Shown piece by piece: positions 1-9,899 of a DNA stretch of 64,000 nucleotides (position 1 is the first letter of the stretch; every line of letters starts with the position of its first letter). Position numbers and translations under genes: made by a program. The notes beneath the pieces were generated by a model. It was not told the origin of the DNA and ran no database searches. It saw only the letters and a program-made list of their open reading frames with translations. This DNA comes from a virus. Taxonomy: Duplodnaviria; Heunggongvirae; Uroviricota; Caudoviricetes. Where the stretch lies: IMG/VR virus record IMGVR_UViG_3300011202_000010, positions 114,589-178,588 of that record; one strand, 5' to 3'.

Positions 1-570
1 ATAAAACTCATCCGAATATTTTTCAATTTCAATATAATTATGTAAGAAATGAACATAATCCTGTATAAGCCAAAGATTAGGGCTAGGCCAAATTTCATTA
101 CAGTCAACTTCTTTTGTGTCTATCTCAATTAAATCCTTCTCTAAAGATTTTATAAATTTTTCATCCGCATGATTATTATTATTTTTTATCACATCAATAA
201 AACTTTTTAATTCTGCTTTCATTTCAGCACGACTTTTTTGATATGTTTTTTTAAATACTGACTTTAAAGAAATATCACGATTCATTTCTGTTGCATCAAC
301 TATACGTGATTTTATATAGGATATGTCATCTTTTATATTATTGGGATTAACTTCCTCTACAAACACATCAATATTACCATATTGATTTTTTATAAAAATA
401 TAACATAAATTTGAATCTTCATTAATGATGTATTTCACCTCTATATCTTTAATTTTTAATAGAGGAAATAAGGCTGAATGAGAAAAAAACTCATCACTTT
501 TATTTATTATTACGCTACGAAAATCGTTTTGTTTATTTATCGCATCATATAGGAAGTTAGTATTTTGCAT
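1..570 (-). CDS. Family-A paralogue, partial (3' end lies beyond the window start); hypothetical
   Basis: ATG at 570 on minus strand, open frame to position 1. N-terminus MQNTNFLYDAINKQNDF...DIEVKYI matches the N-termini of the 2071-3582 and 4317-5810 products (AINKxKxF, EIREVKY). Confidence 0.45.
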   Translation of the reverse strand, partial: MQNTNFLYDAINKQNDFRSVIINKSDEFFSHSALFPLLKIKDIEVKYIINEDSNLCYIFIKNQYGNIDVFVEEVNPNNIKDDISYIKSRIVDATEMNRDISLKSVFKKTYQKSRAEMKAELKSFIDVIKNNNNHADEKFIKSLEKDLIEIDTKEVDCNEIWPSPNLWLIQDYVHFLHNYIEIEKYSDEFY

Positions 571-677
571 TAGGTTAATATTCCTTAAATATTTTCATCA
601 GTATATCATGAAATTTGTATATCAATTAAAACAATAAAAACAGCCTCGTGGGAGACTTTTTTTATTATCTATATTTT

Positions 678-2051
678 TTAAACTTTATTAAATAACAATA
701 AATCTTCACAGAAATCTATTGCATTATTAAGAGCTTTCTCTCGCGTATCTCCTCCATCACAACTAAGTGGTAAAGGTTTTTTATCTTTCAATACGTTAAT
801 AAAATACTCAAGAGCATCTATCCATTCTTTATTTAAAACCCAATCTCTTTTTTGTTTATAGAATGATACTATCAATAACTTCTCTTCCTTGTCTATTACT
901 TCTGGCAGATCTTCAATATAGAGATTAGTTTGATGGTAAACAAATCCTTTTTCTTTTTCATCATAATCAAAACCACCACCATTTCTTAATAAAGCTGCTG
1001 AAATCATCTCAAATTTAGAACATGAGCATAGCGTATTCTGATAACGTAGCTGATAATCAAAAGATTTTATATTTTCAGGATAAACAATTTCATCCATTAA
1101 ACCTTCTTTTTCCAAAATATAAGCAACGGTGCTTAAAATAACTACAAACCCATTCATTAAACCTTTTTTATCTGCATGAACAACTTTACCATTTACACAT
1201 TTTAAAAGCATATTTTCAAATGGTCGCTCTTTCAAAGCACCTGATTTTATTTGTTCTATAAATTTCTTCTTACTCAATTTATTATTGTCTGAATAAATAT
1301 TAACACCATCTTTATCTAAAGTGATCCCATATCTCCAATCAAAATCTTGAATAAATAAAACATCATCTTTTACAAATGTTTCATAATGAAAAAACTGCGA
1401 CTTTGACGTTAAGACGGAAGATACTTTTTCCAATTTAATAGATAATCCCTTTAATGCTTTTTGAATAAAACCTAAATCTTCGGATATAGATTCTTCATAT
1501 AATGGCTCAATATAAAGTTCTTCTCCTGAAAATATACTTAACTCTTTATAAAAATTAGATGTCTTATCAATATAGTTAGAGCAATTAAATAAACATTTTT
1601 TTAATCCATCTTTCATGATAGCTGTTTTATTTTCATCTTCATTTCCATTACATTTATTATCAATTTCTTTTAATAATGCTTTAGGAGAAATTCCAATATT
1701 AAAATCAGCTTCAAAGATAGAAAATATAAAATCATGGTTGGATTCATATGAATCTAGTGGATTATCTAAAGAACCTTTTAATGTTTTAATATTAGGATTC
1801 TTATTAGCTTTCGTAGAGAAAATAGAAACCTTTCTTTTTTCTCTTTCTAAGATGATGATATATTTTTCTGAACCATTTCCTTTAAAGGATTTAATATTTT
1901 CTTCAATATCAATAACTTTATCGCTTGACCATAATTTAATAACGGCTCGACCAAGACTATTGTAATAATCTTCGTTATTTAATACTGTATTACGTAATAA
2001 GCTTTTTTCATTTAACCAAGATTCAATATTCATTTTTACCCTCTGTTCCAT
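678..2051 (-). CDS. Family-A paralogue 1, hypothetical (457 aa; true start may be MNIESW)
   Basis: Long ORF. Shares motifs GGGFDYDEKEKGFVYHQTNLYIEDL and SFDYQLRYQNT with the two neighbouring paralogues. Confidence 0.6.
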   Translation of the reverse strand: MEQRVKMNIESWLNEKSLLRNTVLNNEDYYNSLGRAVIKLWSSDKVIDIEENIKSFKGNGSEKYIIILEREKRKVSIFSTKANKNPNIKTLKGSLDNPLDSYESNHDFIFSIFEADFNIGISPKALLKEIDNKCNGNEDENKTAIMKDGLKKCLFNCSNYIDKTSNFYKELSIFSGEELYIEPLYEESISEDLGFIQKALKGLSIKLEKVSSVLTSKSQFFHYETFVKDDVLFIQDFDWRYGITLDKDGVNIYSDNNKLSKKKFIEQIKSGALKERPFENMLLKCVNGKVVHADKKGLMNGFVVILSTVAYILEKEGLMDEIVYPENIKSFDYQLRYQNTLCSCSKFEMISAALLRNGGGFDYDEKEKGFVYHQTNLYIEDLPEVIDKEEKLLIVSFYKQKRDWVLNKEWIDALEYFINVLKDKKPLPLSCDGGDTREKALNNAIDFCEDLLLFNKV

Positions 2052-2070
2052 GAACCCAATTTATACCATT

Positions 2071-3582
2071 TTATTTTTTAAGAGCTTTTAATTTCTTATT
2101 TAAGTATTTTACCATTAAGGTATATTCATTTTTCTGCCTTTCTTTATCATCATTAAAAGCTTGAGATAATACTTCATTCTCATTAAATATTTTAACTAAT
2201 TTCTCAAAAGCGTTTAACCATTCAGTGTTTAAATATGTTATTTTATCTAACATAAATTTTGCACCAGATAGAGTATAAACTTTGTCATCGAATTTATTAT
2301 CTATTCCCTTCTCTGTCTCCAAATCTTCAATATAAGAAACATCTCTATAACAAATATTACCTGTTTCTTGATTATAACTTTGACCTGCCCCAATTAATAA
2401 AAACGTATGGAATATAAAATCATTTTCTTTTGTTTTATACTTTGTGAAAAAATATTTTCTTTGATAATCATATTCTGTTATATCGGTTTTATAATCAGGA
2501 GATCCAAGACCTTCTTCTACCATAACGTAAGAAGAGCTTTCAACATCTGAAAGAAATACATTCATAGGAAGACCACCATCAGCATACTCAACCTCTCCAT
2601 CTTTAACAACAAGAATAGCGTGTTTGAAAAAATCTACACTGTTATTTTTTAATGCTGCCTTAAATCGTGCTTCTTCTTTACTTTCTTCAATATGAATAGT
2701 TTCAAGATAATATACAGTAAAATTATCTTTATCACCTACAAAGAATAATGTGCAGCCTTGATCGTCTAATACTAATACATCATCTTCCATCCAAACATGA
2801 TTATCTAGATCATTAAAAGTAAATGGTTGCTCTCTTGTAAATTTCTCTTTTTTACAAATAGATTGGAAAAACGCCCTTTTTACTTTTATATCTTCTAAAT
2901 GTTTAGATGCTTCATTTTTTGCTTCAACCATTAACTCTTTGAAGAAATCATCACTATACAATTTCATTCCAGTCATGGTATTTAAAAATTTGTTAAGACA
3001 TACAAGTTTATAAAGATAATAACAGACCTCAACATCTTTTGATGTTTCTTGTTTTTTCATTTCTGTAAAGTTTTCAAGCATTTTTTCTACATCTGCTGAA
3101 TCTTTACCTTCTTGTTCAAGTTTGTTAACGAAAGCCTCCATGAGGTTTATCATTTCATCAGAGAAAAAATTGTGAGTTGTTCTCTGATTGCTGATTACCA
3201 ATGGGAAACCATAAATTTTATTTTCCTTAGCTTTCAGATTACTCAATCCATAACTTAACAAGTATTCTACAGTCTCGTCTTTATCATCTTGTTTATGACG
3301 AACCATATAAGCTTTAATAGCATTCCCTTTATTTAACTTTTCCAGAACATAGATAAAGTCAGTAGTATCAAAATATTTAACTTCTCTGATTTCGTCAGAA
3401 TAAAGATTTGTCATGAGAGATTTGTCAAAAAGAGTATAGAGAGAACTAATCATATCATCTCTGAATGATTTTTCTTTATTGATAGCATTTTGAATAAAAT
3501 GAGTTTCTGACATTATAAGTTCCTTAAAGTTTATATTTTTTCTATTATATCTTAGACCTTTATGAGTAACAACAAAAACCAC
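2071..3582 (-). CDS. Family-A paralogue 2, hypothetical (503 aa)
   Basis: Motifs FNDLDNHVWMEDDVLVLDDQGCTLFFVGDKDNFTVYYLET and EYDYQRKYFFTKY are shared with 4317-5810. Confidence 0.65.
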   Translation of the reverse strand: MVFVVTHKGLRYNRKNINFKELIMSETHFIQNAINKEKSFRDDMISSLYTLFDKSLMTNLYSDEIREVKYFDTTDFIYVLEKLNKGNAIKAYMVRHKQDDKDETVEYLLSYGLSNLKAKENKIYGFPLVISNQRTTHNFFSDEMINLMEAFVNKLEQEGKDSADVEKMLENFTEMKKQETSKDVEVCYYLYKLVCLNKFLNTMTGMKLYSDDFFKELMVEAKNEASKHLEDIKVKRAFFQSICKKEKFTREQPFTFNDLDNHVWMEDDVLVLDDQGCTLFFVGDKDNFTVYYLETIHIEESKEEARFKAALKNNSVDFFKHAILVVKDGEVEYADGGLPMNVFLSDVESSSYVMVEEGLGSPDYKTDITEYDYQRKYFFTKYKTKENDFIFHTFLLIGAGQSYNQETGNICYRDVSYIEDLETEKGIDNKFDDKVYTLSGAKFMLDKITYLNTEWLNAFEKLVKIFNENEVLSQAFNDDKERQKNEYTLMVKYLNKKLKALKK

Positions 3583-3594
3583 CCGAAGGTGGCT

Positions 3595-3765
3595 TTAATC
3601 TTTATACTTCCATTTATCTGGAGTATAGTAAACATAACTTGTACCAGAAAACCAAAGGTTTCCGATTCGATATAATTCAGCTTCTTCTCCATGAGGAGAA
3701 ATCGTTTTTACTGTTACATTCTCTTCTGGTAATTCTTTACGTGGAGATTTCCAGTTATTAGCCAT
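3595..3765 (-). CDS. Small ORF (56 aa, MANNWKSPRKELPEENVTVKT...), hypothetical; absent from the ORF track because it is under 60 aa
   Basis: AAGAGG SD 5 nt upstream of ATG. Hairpin CCACCTTCGGGTGG plus T-run terminator follows. Fills an otherwise empty gap. Confidence 0.35.
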   Translation of the reverse strand: MANNWKSPRKELPEENVTVKTISPHGEEAELYRIGNLWFSGTSYVYYTPDKWKYKD

Positions 3766-3776
3766 ACAACCTCTTT

Positions 3777-4226
3777 TTAGTTTACTTTTTTATTATCTTT
3801 AAAAACGATGCTTGGATATTTTTTAGATTCAAATGAAAAAATAGGTTCAACATATTTAATACCATCTTCGCTGTATGAAGACTGACAAATACCTGAAATA
3901 TTATTTTCATTACAGAAAGAGAACATTTTTTCAATCAACGCTTTGGCAATACCTTGACCTCTTAATGAAGGTTCAACACCAATATTCATCATTGCCCACT
4001 GGCAATCAGAATTCCCACTCCATCCTTTTTCGTAATATGAAAGACAGAGTAGACCAACAGCTTTTTCTCCATCAATGACTGCAAAATACAAGTTTTCACC
4101 ATTAAAGGAAGCATCAAAGTAAGGGACTTTTTCGTTAAAAAGATCATCATATAACTCATAAGCTTCTTTTACATCGCCTTTGAAGGTCATTTTTAATGAT
4201 TTCGAAAAAACTTGTACGTTTAACAT
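3777..4226 (-). CDS. GNAT-family N-acetyltransferase
   Basis: Motif A R-G-Q-G-I-A-K-A-L (Q/RxxGxG/A) in VEPSLRGQGIAKALIEKMF; 149 aa. Sits inside the family-A array. A TTGTGC-N17-TATAAT promoter lies upstream. Confidence 0.7.
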   Translation of the reverse strand: MLNVQVFSKSLKMTFKGDVKEAYELYDDLFNEKVPYFDASFNGENLYFAVIDGEKAVGLLCLSYYEKGWSGNSDCQWAMMNIGVEPSLRGQGIAKALIEKMFSFCNENNISGICQSSYSEDGIKYVEPIFSFESKKYPSIVFKDNKKVN

Positions 4227-4257
4227 ATTTTTAAACTCTCTTGTTTACATTGATGCC

Positions 4258-4286
4258 ATTATAACAAAAACACACATCATGCACAA
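4258..4286 (-). promoter_or_regulatory. Promoter, TTGTGCAT -35, 17-nt spacer, TATAAT -10
   Basis: Minus strand reads TTGTGCATGATGTGTGTTTTTGTTATAATGGCA. Drives 3777-4226. Confidence 0.55.
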
Positions 4287-4316
4287 GTTTAAAAATCCAT
4301 CCTTGGATTGTTTTTC

Positions 4317-5810
4317 TTACATTAGATGGATGTTATTTTCAATCTCTTTCAACTTATCTAATGTTTGCTGTCTAGCAGCGATAGCTTTATCTTTTTCTTC
4401 ATAGAAAACTGAATAATAACTATTTTCTGAAAACATTTTTACAAGGTGTTTAAATGCTTCATACCAATCTTTATTCAATGTTTTTTCAACTTGTTCTATG
4501 CTAAGAAATTCTGGCTGATAAACAATTTTATGTGATGGCTTTTTATTGATACGACTATCTTCTTCTTTTTTTAAAGTTTTTAAATATTCAATATCGCTAT
4601 ATTCAAAACAACCTTTTTCGCTCTTATAATCAGCGCCACCACCTAAAGTTAGGAAGGTGCGCATAAGGAAACTTAACTCATTCATGCCATATTTAGTATA
4701 GAAATAGTCTCTTTGATATTCATAGCTATAAATATCTTTATCGTATTTAACTTCTTCTAACCCTTCATTTCTCATAGCTTCTACTGAATATCGGATGTCT
4801 AACTTAAATACATACATCAATGAACTATCAGAAGCATAAATCACTTTACCATCTTTAACATCAAGCACTGTATGTTCAAAAAATCCATCTTTTTTACCAT
4901 TAAGATAAGTATTTAACTTTATCATTTCATCTTCAACAGAACTATATTCAGTATGTAGGAAATAAACAGTGAAATTATTGTCATCGTTTCCTTCAAAATA
5001 AAAAGTACAGTTTTGATCATTAATAAATAAATTATTATCCTGAACCCATACATGATTATCTAAATCATTAAACTCAAATTTGTTTTCTTTTGTAAACCCA
5101 TGCACATCACACATTTTTTTCAAATAGTTTTTCTTAACGATCCAATCACTCAGATATTCGGCGTTGATTTTAGTTGGTTCGTCAGCTAAAGATAAATAAA
5201 AATCATGAGAATACTCTTTCATATCAACATATTTAGCTAACAATTTGTTATAACTTAAGATAGCATCAATACTTGAACTTGTAAGTAAAGCATTAGCAAG
5301 AAAATCATCACTATTATTTTTTGTATATTCAATAACTTGCTTAACTTTTTTTATCATTTCTTGATTATTTTCTGCTTCAAATCTTTCCAGCATAATATTA
5401 AATTGTTCAAGAATATCTTCTACACTATGATCTTGTTTGAAAAGATTAATAGTCATTACTTTTTCAAAAGAATAAATCTCATCCTTCTTTTCTTTCATAC
5501 ATTGAAGACCATAATAAAGATGCTCAAGATCTTTTTTATCTTTTTCAAAATCATGAATCATTTCCCAATATACATTGAGCACTTTTCCTTTTTTCTCAAA
5601 AATATAAAAATAGTCATTTTCAGGGAGACGAATATATTTTACTTCCCTAATTTCATCTTTATGAAGTGGGAATAATAGATGATCCGATTCAAAAAATTTA
5701 ATCGTTGCTTTTTTTACATCTTCACAGAAATCTTTATTTTTATTAATGGCTGTTTCTGTATAGTTAACTTTGTTCATCAGGACTCCTTTTAGATTATAAA
5801 ATATTGACAC
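4317..5810 (-). CDS. Family-A paralogue 3, hypothetical (497 aa)
   Basis: Motifs FEFNDLDNHVWVQDNNLFINDQNCTFYFEGNDDNNFTVYFLHT and SYEYQRDYFYTKYG. Confidence 0.65.
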   Translation of the reverse strand: MSIFYNLKGVLMNKVNYTETAINKNKDFCEDVKKATIKFFESDHLLFPLHKDEIREVKYIRLPENDYFYIFEKKGKVLNVYWEMIHDFEKDKKDLEHLYYGLQCMKEKKDEIYSFEKVMTINLFKQDHSVEDILEQFNIMLERFEAENNQEMIKKVKQVIEYTKNNSDDFLANALLTSSSIDAILSYNKLLAKYVDMKEYSHDFYLSLADEPTKINAEYLSDWIVKKNYLKKMCDVHGFTKENKFEFNDLDNHVWVQDNNLFINDQNCTFYFEGNDDNNFTVYFLHTEYSSVEDEMIKLNTYLNGKKDGFFEHTVLDVKDGKVIYASDSSLMYVFKLDIRYSVEAMRNEGLEEVKYDKDIYSYEYQRDYFYTKYGMNELSFLMRTFLTLGGGADYKSEKGCFEYSDIEYLKTLKKEEDSRINKKPSHKIVYQPEFLSIEQVEKTLNKDWYEAFKHLVKMFSENSYYSVFYEEKDKAIAARQQTLDKLKEIENNIHLM

Positions 5811-5958
5811 ATTATAACAGTTTTAAAAATGTTTTACTATATTTTTTTGTAACTATAACCGATTGATTTTAAAGATAATTTAAAAGCGTAAAAATTATAT
5901 TTAACTAGCTTTTCTATGCGAAAATATGGTAAAATACTTAAAACAATAGGAGAAAAAG

Positions 5959-6510
5959 ATGATAAATATTAAATTAATTTGCTCTCATTTAATTACGGTT
6001 GGTACTGTAGAAATGTTTGAAAAAGCACCTGATTGGGCAACTCATCTTGTTAGCTTTAATGGAAGTAAATATTTTACAGATACAGCCAATCCCGAACCTC
6101 TTACTCGTTATTCTAAAGCTGCTCATCCTTATAATGAAGGACACTTTAATGAGCATATGTTTAAGTCAAAACATAAATTTATTGTTGAAGCAGCTAGGAT
6201 TAATCAAAAACAAGATTCTTGGGATGGCGAAGGAAGACCTCAAGTTGGTCAAGTTTGTGTTTTAGATTCTGATATCAACGTTGTCATTCTTGGGAAAACT
6301 AAAGATATTTTCAATAGAACAGTTTACACTGTTCAGGATGTAGATAGTCATGAAATTTTCATCGCTCGCTCTGATGAGTTTATGCCTTATTATTCTGATA
6401 GTGATTTAAAAGATCGTGAAGTTCTTATAGGCATTTCTAATATTCTTAGAAAAAGTATTGATGATGAACAAGTTTTGAAAATGTTTAGACTTTTTAAGGA
6501 AAATTCTTGA
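5959..6510 (+). CDS. Hypothetical protein (183 aa)
   Basis: AGGAG SD before the ATG. Bidirectional terminator at 6572-6594. Confidence 0.55.
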   Translation: MINIKLICSHLITVGTVEMFEKAPDWATHLVSFNGSKYFTDTANPEPLTRYSKAAHPYNEGHFNEHMFKSKHKFIVEAARINQKQDSWDGEGRPQVGQVCVLDSDINVVILGKTKDIFNRTVYTVQDVDSHEIFIARSDEFMPYYSDSDLKDREVLIGISNILRKSIDDEQVLKMFRLFKENS

Positions 6511-6571
6511 TGACGGCTCCATGAGCCTGTTACTACTACTATTAATGTTTTCCTTTTATTAAATATAAAAA

Positions 6572-6594
6572 AAGCGGCTGGGCCGCTTTTTTAT
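6572..6594. terminator. Bidirectional intrinsic terminator
   Basis: Hairpin GCGGCTGGGCCGC with an A-run before and a T-run after. Confidence 0.6.
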
Positions 6595-6742
6595 TTAATT
6601 TTTTTACTTATTATTATTTTTTATTTCATCTTCTTTTTTACTTTCTTTTAAAAAATGATCATATAATCCAGAGCAATCTTCATTTCGCTGGGAATGTAAA
6701 CCAATCATTGGAAAATCCTCATTTTTCATTTTTTCATCCTCT

Positions 6743-7498
6743 TTAAAGTGTCGCATTTTGATGTTCCTCTTTTATTGGGTTAGTTTGAGATACTATTTTC
6801 TTAAACCTTTCTAAATCAACCTTATCATTCATTAAGTATCGATTTATATTGAATATATTAGCTGTTTTAACATTAACTGGCGCACTATATACACCAAAAC
6901 CAGCAATATAACTATTTTTCTTTAGAGCATCAATTAACTCTTTATTCTTTTTCCCATATGGATAAACATAAATAGGAACAAATTTTCCAGTGGTTCTTAT
7001 TATTTGAGCTTTACTTGTTTCTACATCATGTTCCGGGAATCCAAGAAAATCTTTAACAAAATGGGTATGCGAATGATTAACAAATGTAAAATTATCTGCT
7101 CCATAAGCTTCTATATCATCTCTTTGTAAATAAGTTCTATTTTTAAATGTCTGATATTCCGTTATTAGAGCAAACATTGCAGGAAAACTGTATTGTTTTA
7201 GTACTTCCATTGCTGCTTTTTGTGTAGCCCAACCATCATCAAATGTAATAACAACACTTTTGGGTGGTAAGCTTTCTCTCTTTTTTATAGCTTCTACTAA
7301 ATCCATAGCAGGAATAACATTATAATTCTTTTCATAAAGATATTTCATTTGCTGCTTAAATAACTCTGGCGTTGTATTCATATCGTTTTTATAATGCGCT
7401 ATCTGATGATACATTAAAACAACTGATACATCCTTAGCTTGAGAATACATTGAAGCACTTGCCAAACATCCAGCCAACATCCATTTTAAAATTTTCAT
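6743..7498 (-). CDS. Secreted polysaccharide deacetylase (NodB/CE4 family)
   Basis: N-terminal signal peptide MKILKWMLAGCLASASMYSQA. NodB motifs VVITFDDGW and NHSHTHF. Confidence 0.75.
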   Translation of the reverse strand: MKILKWMLAGCLASASMYSQAKDVSVVLMYHQIAHYKNDMNTTPELFKQQMKYLYEKNYNVIPAMDLVEAIKKRESLPPKSVVITFDDGWATQKAAMEVLKQYSFPAMFALITEYQTFKNRTYLQRDDIEAYGADNFTFVNHSHTHFVKDFLGFPEHDVETSKAQIIRTTGKFVPIYVYPYGKKNKELIDALKKNSYIAGFGVYSAPVNVKTANIFNINRYLMNDKVDLERFKKIVSQTNPIKEEHQNATL

Positions 7499-7519
7499 TT
7501 TTTTCCTTATATTTAATAA

Positions 7520-8653
7520 TTATTTGTAATAACCAATTCCGTTTTCACGACACCAAATAGAAAGAACATTTGCTTCATGAGGTTTTAAAGATCTGTTAGC
7601 AAAACCTCTAGCTTGAGAAACTGTATGATAGCTACTCACTTCTACTGTTGCTACTCTTTTTTCTTCTGCATAACCCCAAGGAGTATTTGGGCGAACCTTT
7701 AACGACCAAATAGAACAACTGTTATTGATACATTTAGAACGATAACTATAAACACAGTGATGCATTTTATTGCCTTCTTCTGCTAAGGCTTTACCTTGCA
7801 AAATTTGTGTAATTGTCCAAACTACTTCTTTACCTTGCTCATCTTTACGAATATATTCTCCATTAGGAATATCAAAACCTTTCCAAGAATAACCAGAGTG
7901 CTCTTTAATACGACGAAGCTCATAGTGCCAATCTTTAACTCTTTCTAATAACGTTTTAATAGTGAAGCCTTGACCAAAAATTGAAAACTCCCTGTTTTCA
8001 TTCTTTTTACTTTCTAAGAAATCTAAAATATCATCAAGTTGTTCAATACTTTCTGGAACATTAGTAGCGAAGAAACGAGCACAATCACGCCAAAATTCGT
8101 TATTTTTTGGTTTTTTACCAAGCTTAGATCTAGCTATACGGAACGCAATACCATCACCTGCACCAGCACAAAACGCCGTAGCATAATAAATAGCTTCATT
8201 AATGCTTAATGGTTTTATACATGACATAAAAACATGAGTTTCTTTTTTAGTCATAAAGTCTTTTAGATATTCTTTATGTAATGAACCTCCAGTTCCTGCG
8301 CAAATATACCAATCATGATATTCATTTTTTGCTATTTTTTGGGAGTTTTCACCATATCTTCTCTGAGGATTTTCTTGCTTATACCAAGCTTGCTCTAAAA
8401 TTTTTGGAACCGGATATTTTACAAATAGATGCTTAACCATTTCAAGACGTTGCTTGATACGGTCTGATGAACGAGTTTTAAGTTGAAAATCACATACAGG
8501 ACGTATGCATTTTACTAAGATTTCATTAGGGAAATCATGTTCTATAGGAACATTTTCTTTTCCTTTTTGTTTAAGCTTTTTTCCATGATGAGAAAGCATT
8601 GCAAGCTCTTGCTCTGCTTTAATAATTTTTTCAGCTTTTGTTAGCTTAGACAT
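7520..8653 (-). CDS. PcfJ-like protein (tentative), 377 aa
   Basis: C-terminal MHHCVYSY... region recalls PcfJ-like domain proteins of plasmids and phages. Motif recalled from memory, not searched. Confidence 0.35.
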   Translation of the reverse strand: MSKLTKAEKIIKAEQELAMLSHHGKKLKQKGKENVPIEHDFPNEILVKCIRPVCDFQLKTRSSDRIKQRLEMVKHLFVKYPVPKILEQAWYKQENPQRRYGENSQKIAKNEYHDWYICAGTGGSLHKEYLKDFMTKKETHVFMSCIKPLSINEAIYYATAFCAGAGDGIAFRIARSKLGKKPKNNEFWRDCARFFATNVPESIEQLDDILDFLESKKNENREFSIFGQGFTIKTLLERVKDWHYELRRIKEHSGYSWKGFDIPNGEYIRKDEQGKEVVWTITQILQGKALAEEGNKMHHCVYSYRSKCINNSCSIWSLKVRPNTPWGYAEEKRVATVEVSSYHTVSQARGFANRSLKPHEANVLSIWCRENGIGYYK

Positions 8654-8733
8654 TTCTTTTCCTCAAAGTTTTTATGCTCTCATAATACTCTTTATCTCTA
8701 TAAAAAACAATCTTTTTATATAAAGATATTAGG

Positions 8734-9015
8734 TTAACTTACTGAAAAATCATGCTGTTCATCACCTACACATGTATAATGCTCATAGTAAGATGTAACA
8801 TAATCACACACTACTGGAGCACCACATTCCTCACAAATCCAGTCTGGATTACTCCTTGAAAAATCTTTCGCTAATGCTTCTTCTATCTGTTTCGCTTTAT
8901 CTTTTAAATCTTGTCCAGACAAATGAGTTTCATTTTTCAATAAAATTTTTACAGCGTTATCTAAAAATTTTTTGTTTTTAGGATTTTCATTACAATAAAT
9001 TTCTACAATATTCAT
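8734..9015 (-). CDS. Small Cys-rich hypothetical protein (93 aa)
   Basis: CEECGAPVVCDY...HYTCVGDE: four or five Cys spaced like a zinc ribbon. Confidence 0.45.
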   Translation of the reverse strand: MNIVEIYCNENPKNKKFLDNAVKILLKNETHLSGQDLKDKAKQIEEALAKDFSRSNPDWICEECGAPVVCDYVTSYYEHYTCVGDEQHDFSVS

Positions 9016-9140
9016 TTTATCTCCTTTTATTTTTCAAAAATATTAACTTATTTCTTTATGGAAAACAATGTTATTTTATTGCGTTACTTGATACCTTTGT
9101 TATGATTAATTATAATAAAAACAAAGTAAGGAACCTGTAA

Positions 9141-9878
9141 TTGAAAACTGTCAAACTATATCACGATGATTGCTTAAAAATCATGGAAACTATTCCAACA
9201 GCAAGCGTTGATCTTATTTTATGTGATTTACCCTATGGAACAACTCAAAATGAATGGGACACTATAATTCCTTTTGATTTATTATGGGAACAATATATGC
9301 GTATTAGTAAAGGTGCTATCGTTCTCTTTGCAGCGCAACCTTTCACATCGCTTCTTATAAGCTCCAACTTAAAATACTTTAAATATGATTGGGTATGGGA
9401 AAAAACAAAGGCTACAGGCCATTTAAACGCTAAAAAACAGCCTTTACGAAATAAAGAAGATATTCTTGTATTTTATAAAAAACAACCTACCTATAATCCT
9501 CAAATGAGTAAAGGTGAACCTTATAAAAATAAAACAGGAAAAGATATTAATGGTTCGTCATCCATGACAGCATCTTATGGTAAATATACCAATAAAAGAA
9601 ATGAAAATACGGGTTTTAGATATCCAAAACAAATACTTAAATTTAACACTGTTCAAAGAAATACATTACACCCTACTGAAAAACCCGTTCCATTATTAGA
9701 ATATCTTATTAAAACTTATACTAATAAAGGGGATTTGGTTCTTGATAACTGCATGGGTTCTGGTAGCACTGGTGAAGCGGCTGTTAATCTTGATAGACAT
9801 TTTATTGGGATAGAACAAGAACTTAAGTTTTTTACTAAAGCTTTAATAAGAATAGATAATGCAAGATTAAAAAAATAA
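9141..9878 (+). CDS. N6-adenine DNA methyltransferase, beta-class (DPPY before FxGxG)
   Basis: LILCDLPYG (DPPY motif IV), HPTEKP, and C-terminal DNCMGSGSTGEAA (motif I). TTG start with AAGGAA SD. Confidence 0.8.
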   Translation: MKTVKLYHDDCLKIMETIPTASVDLILCDLPYGTTQNEWDTIIPFDLLWEQYMRISKGAIVLFAAQPFTSLLISSNLKYFKYDWVWEKTKATGHLNAKKQPLRNKEDILVFYKKQPTYNPQMSKGEPYKNKTGKDINGSSSMTASYGKYTNKRNENTGFRYPKQILKFNTVQRNTLHPTEKPVPLLEYLIKTYTNKGDLVLDNCMGSGSTGEAAVNLDRHFIGIEQELKFFTKALIRIDNARLKK

Positions 9879-9899
9879 AGCCCCGAAGGGCTTTATTTT
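9878..9899. terminator. Bidirectional intrinsic terminator
   Basis: Hairpin AGCCCCGAAGGGGCT with flanking A and T runs. Confidence 0.6.

Noticed and set aside
1615-1965. Numerous 60-110-aa ORFs antisense to or nested within long genes (for example 1615-1965, 3875-4078, 4180-4404, 5337-5675, 6017-6265, 10004-10297, 13108-13365, 16326-16586, 27164-27385, 31626-31808, 33820-34107, 37191-37588, 39918-40181, 43460-43642, 52762-52944, 53486-53728, 54221-54403, 55494-55682, 59343-59537, 59565-59804, 59861-60043, 61319-61564, 63259-63465, 63728-63985)
   Set aside because: They overlap longer, motif-supported ORFs on the other strand, lack SD sequences, and are Phe/Ile/Leu-rich as expected from AT-rich antisense frames.
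9141-9878. Identification of the window as a T4-like phage, from the methyltransferase, Nudix, tRNA island and YfaE-like genes
   Set aside because: No T4 core genes are present: no gp32, gp43, rIIA/B, lysozyme or dNMP kinase. The promoter motif differs from T4 early and middle consensus sequences. The chromosomal-type genes (MCP, lipoproteins, pilins) fit a jumbo phage or a bacterial accessory island equally well. Left open.
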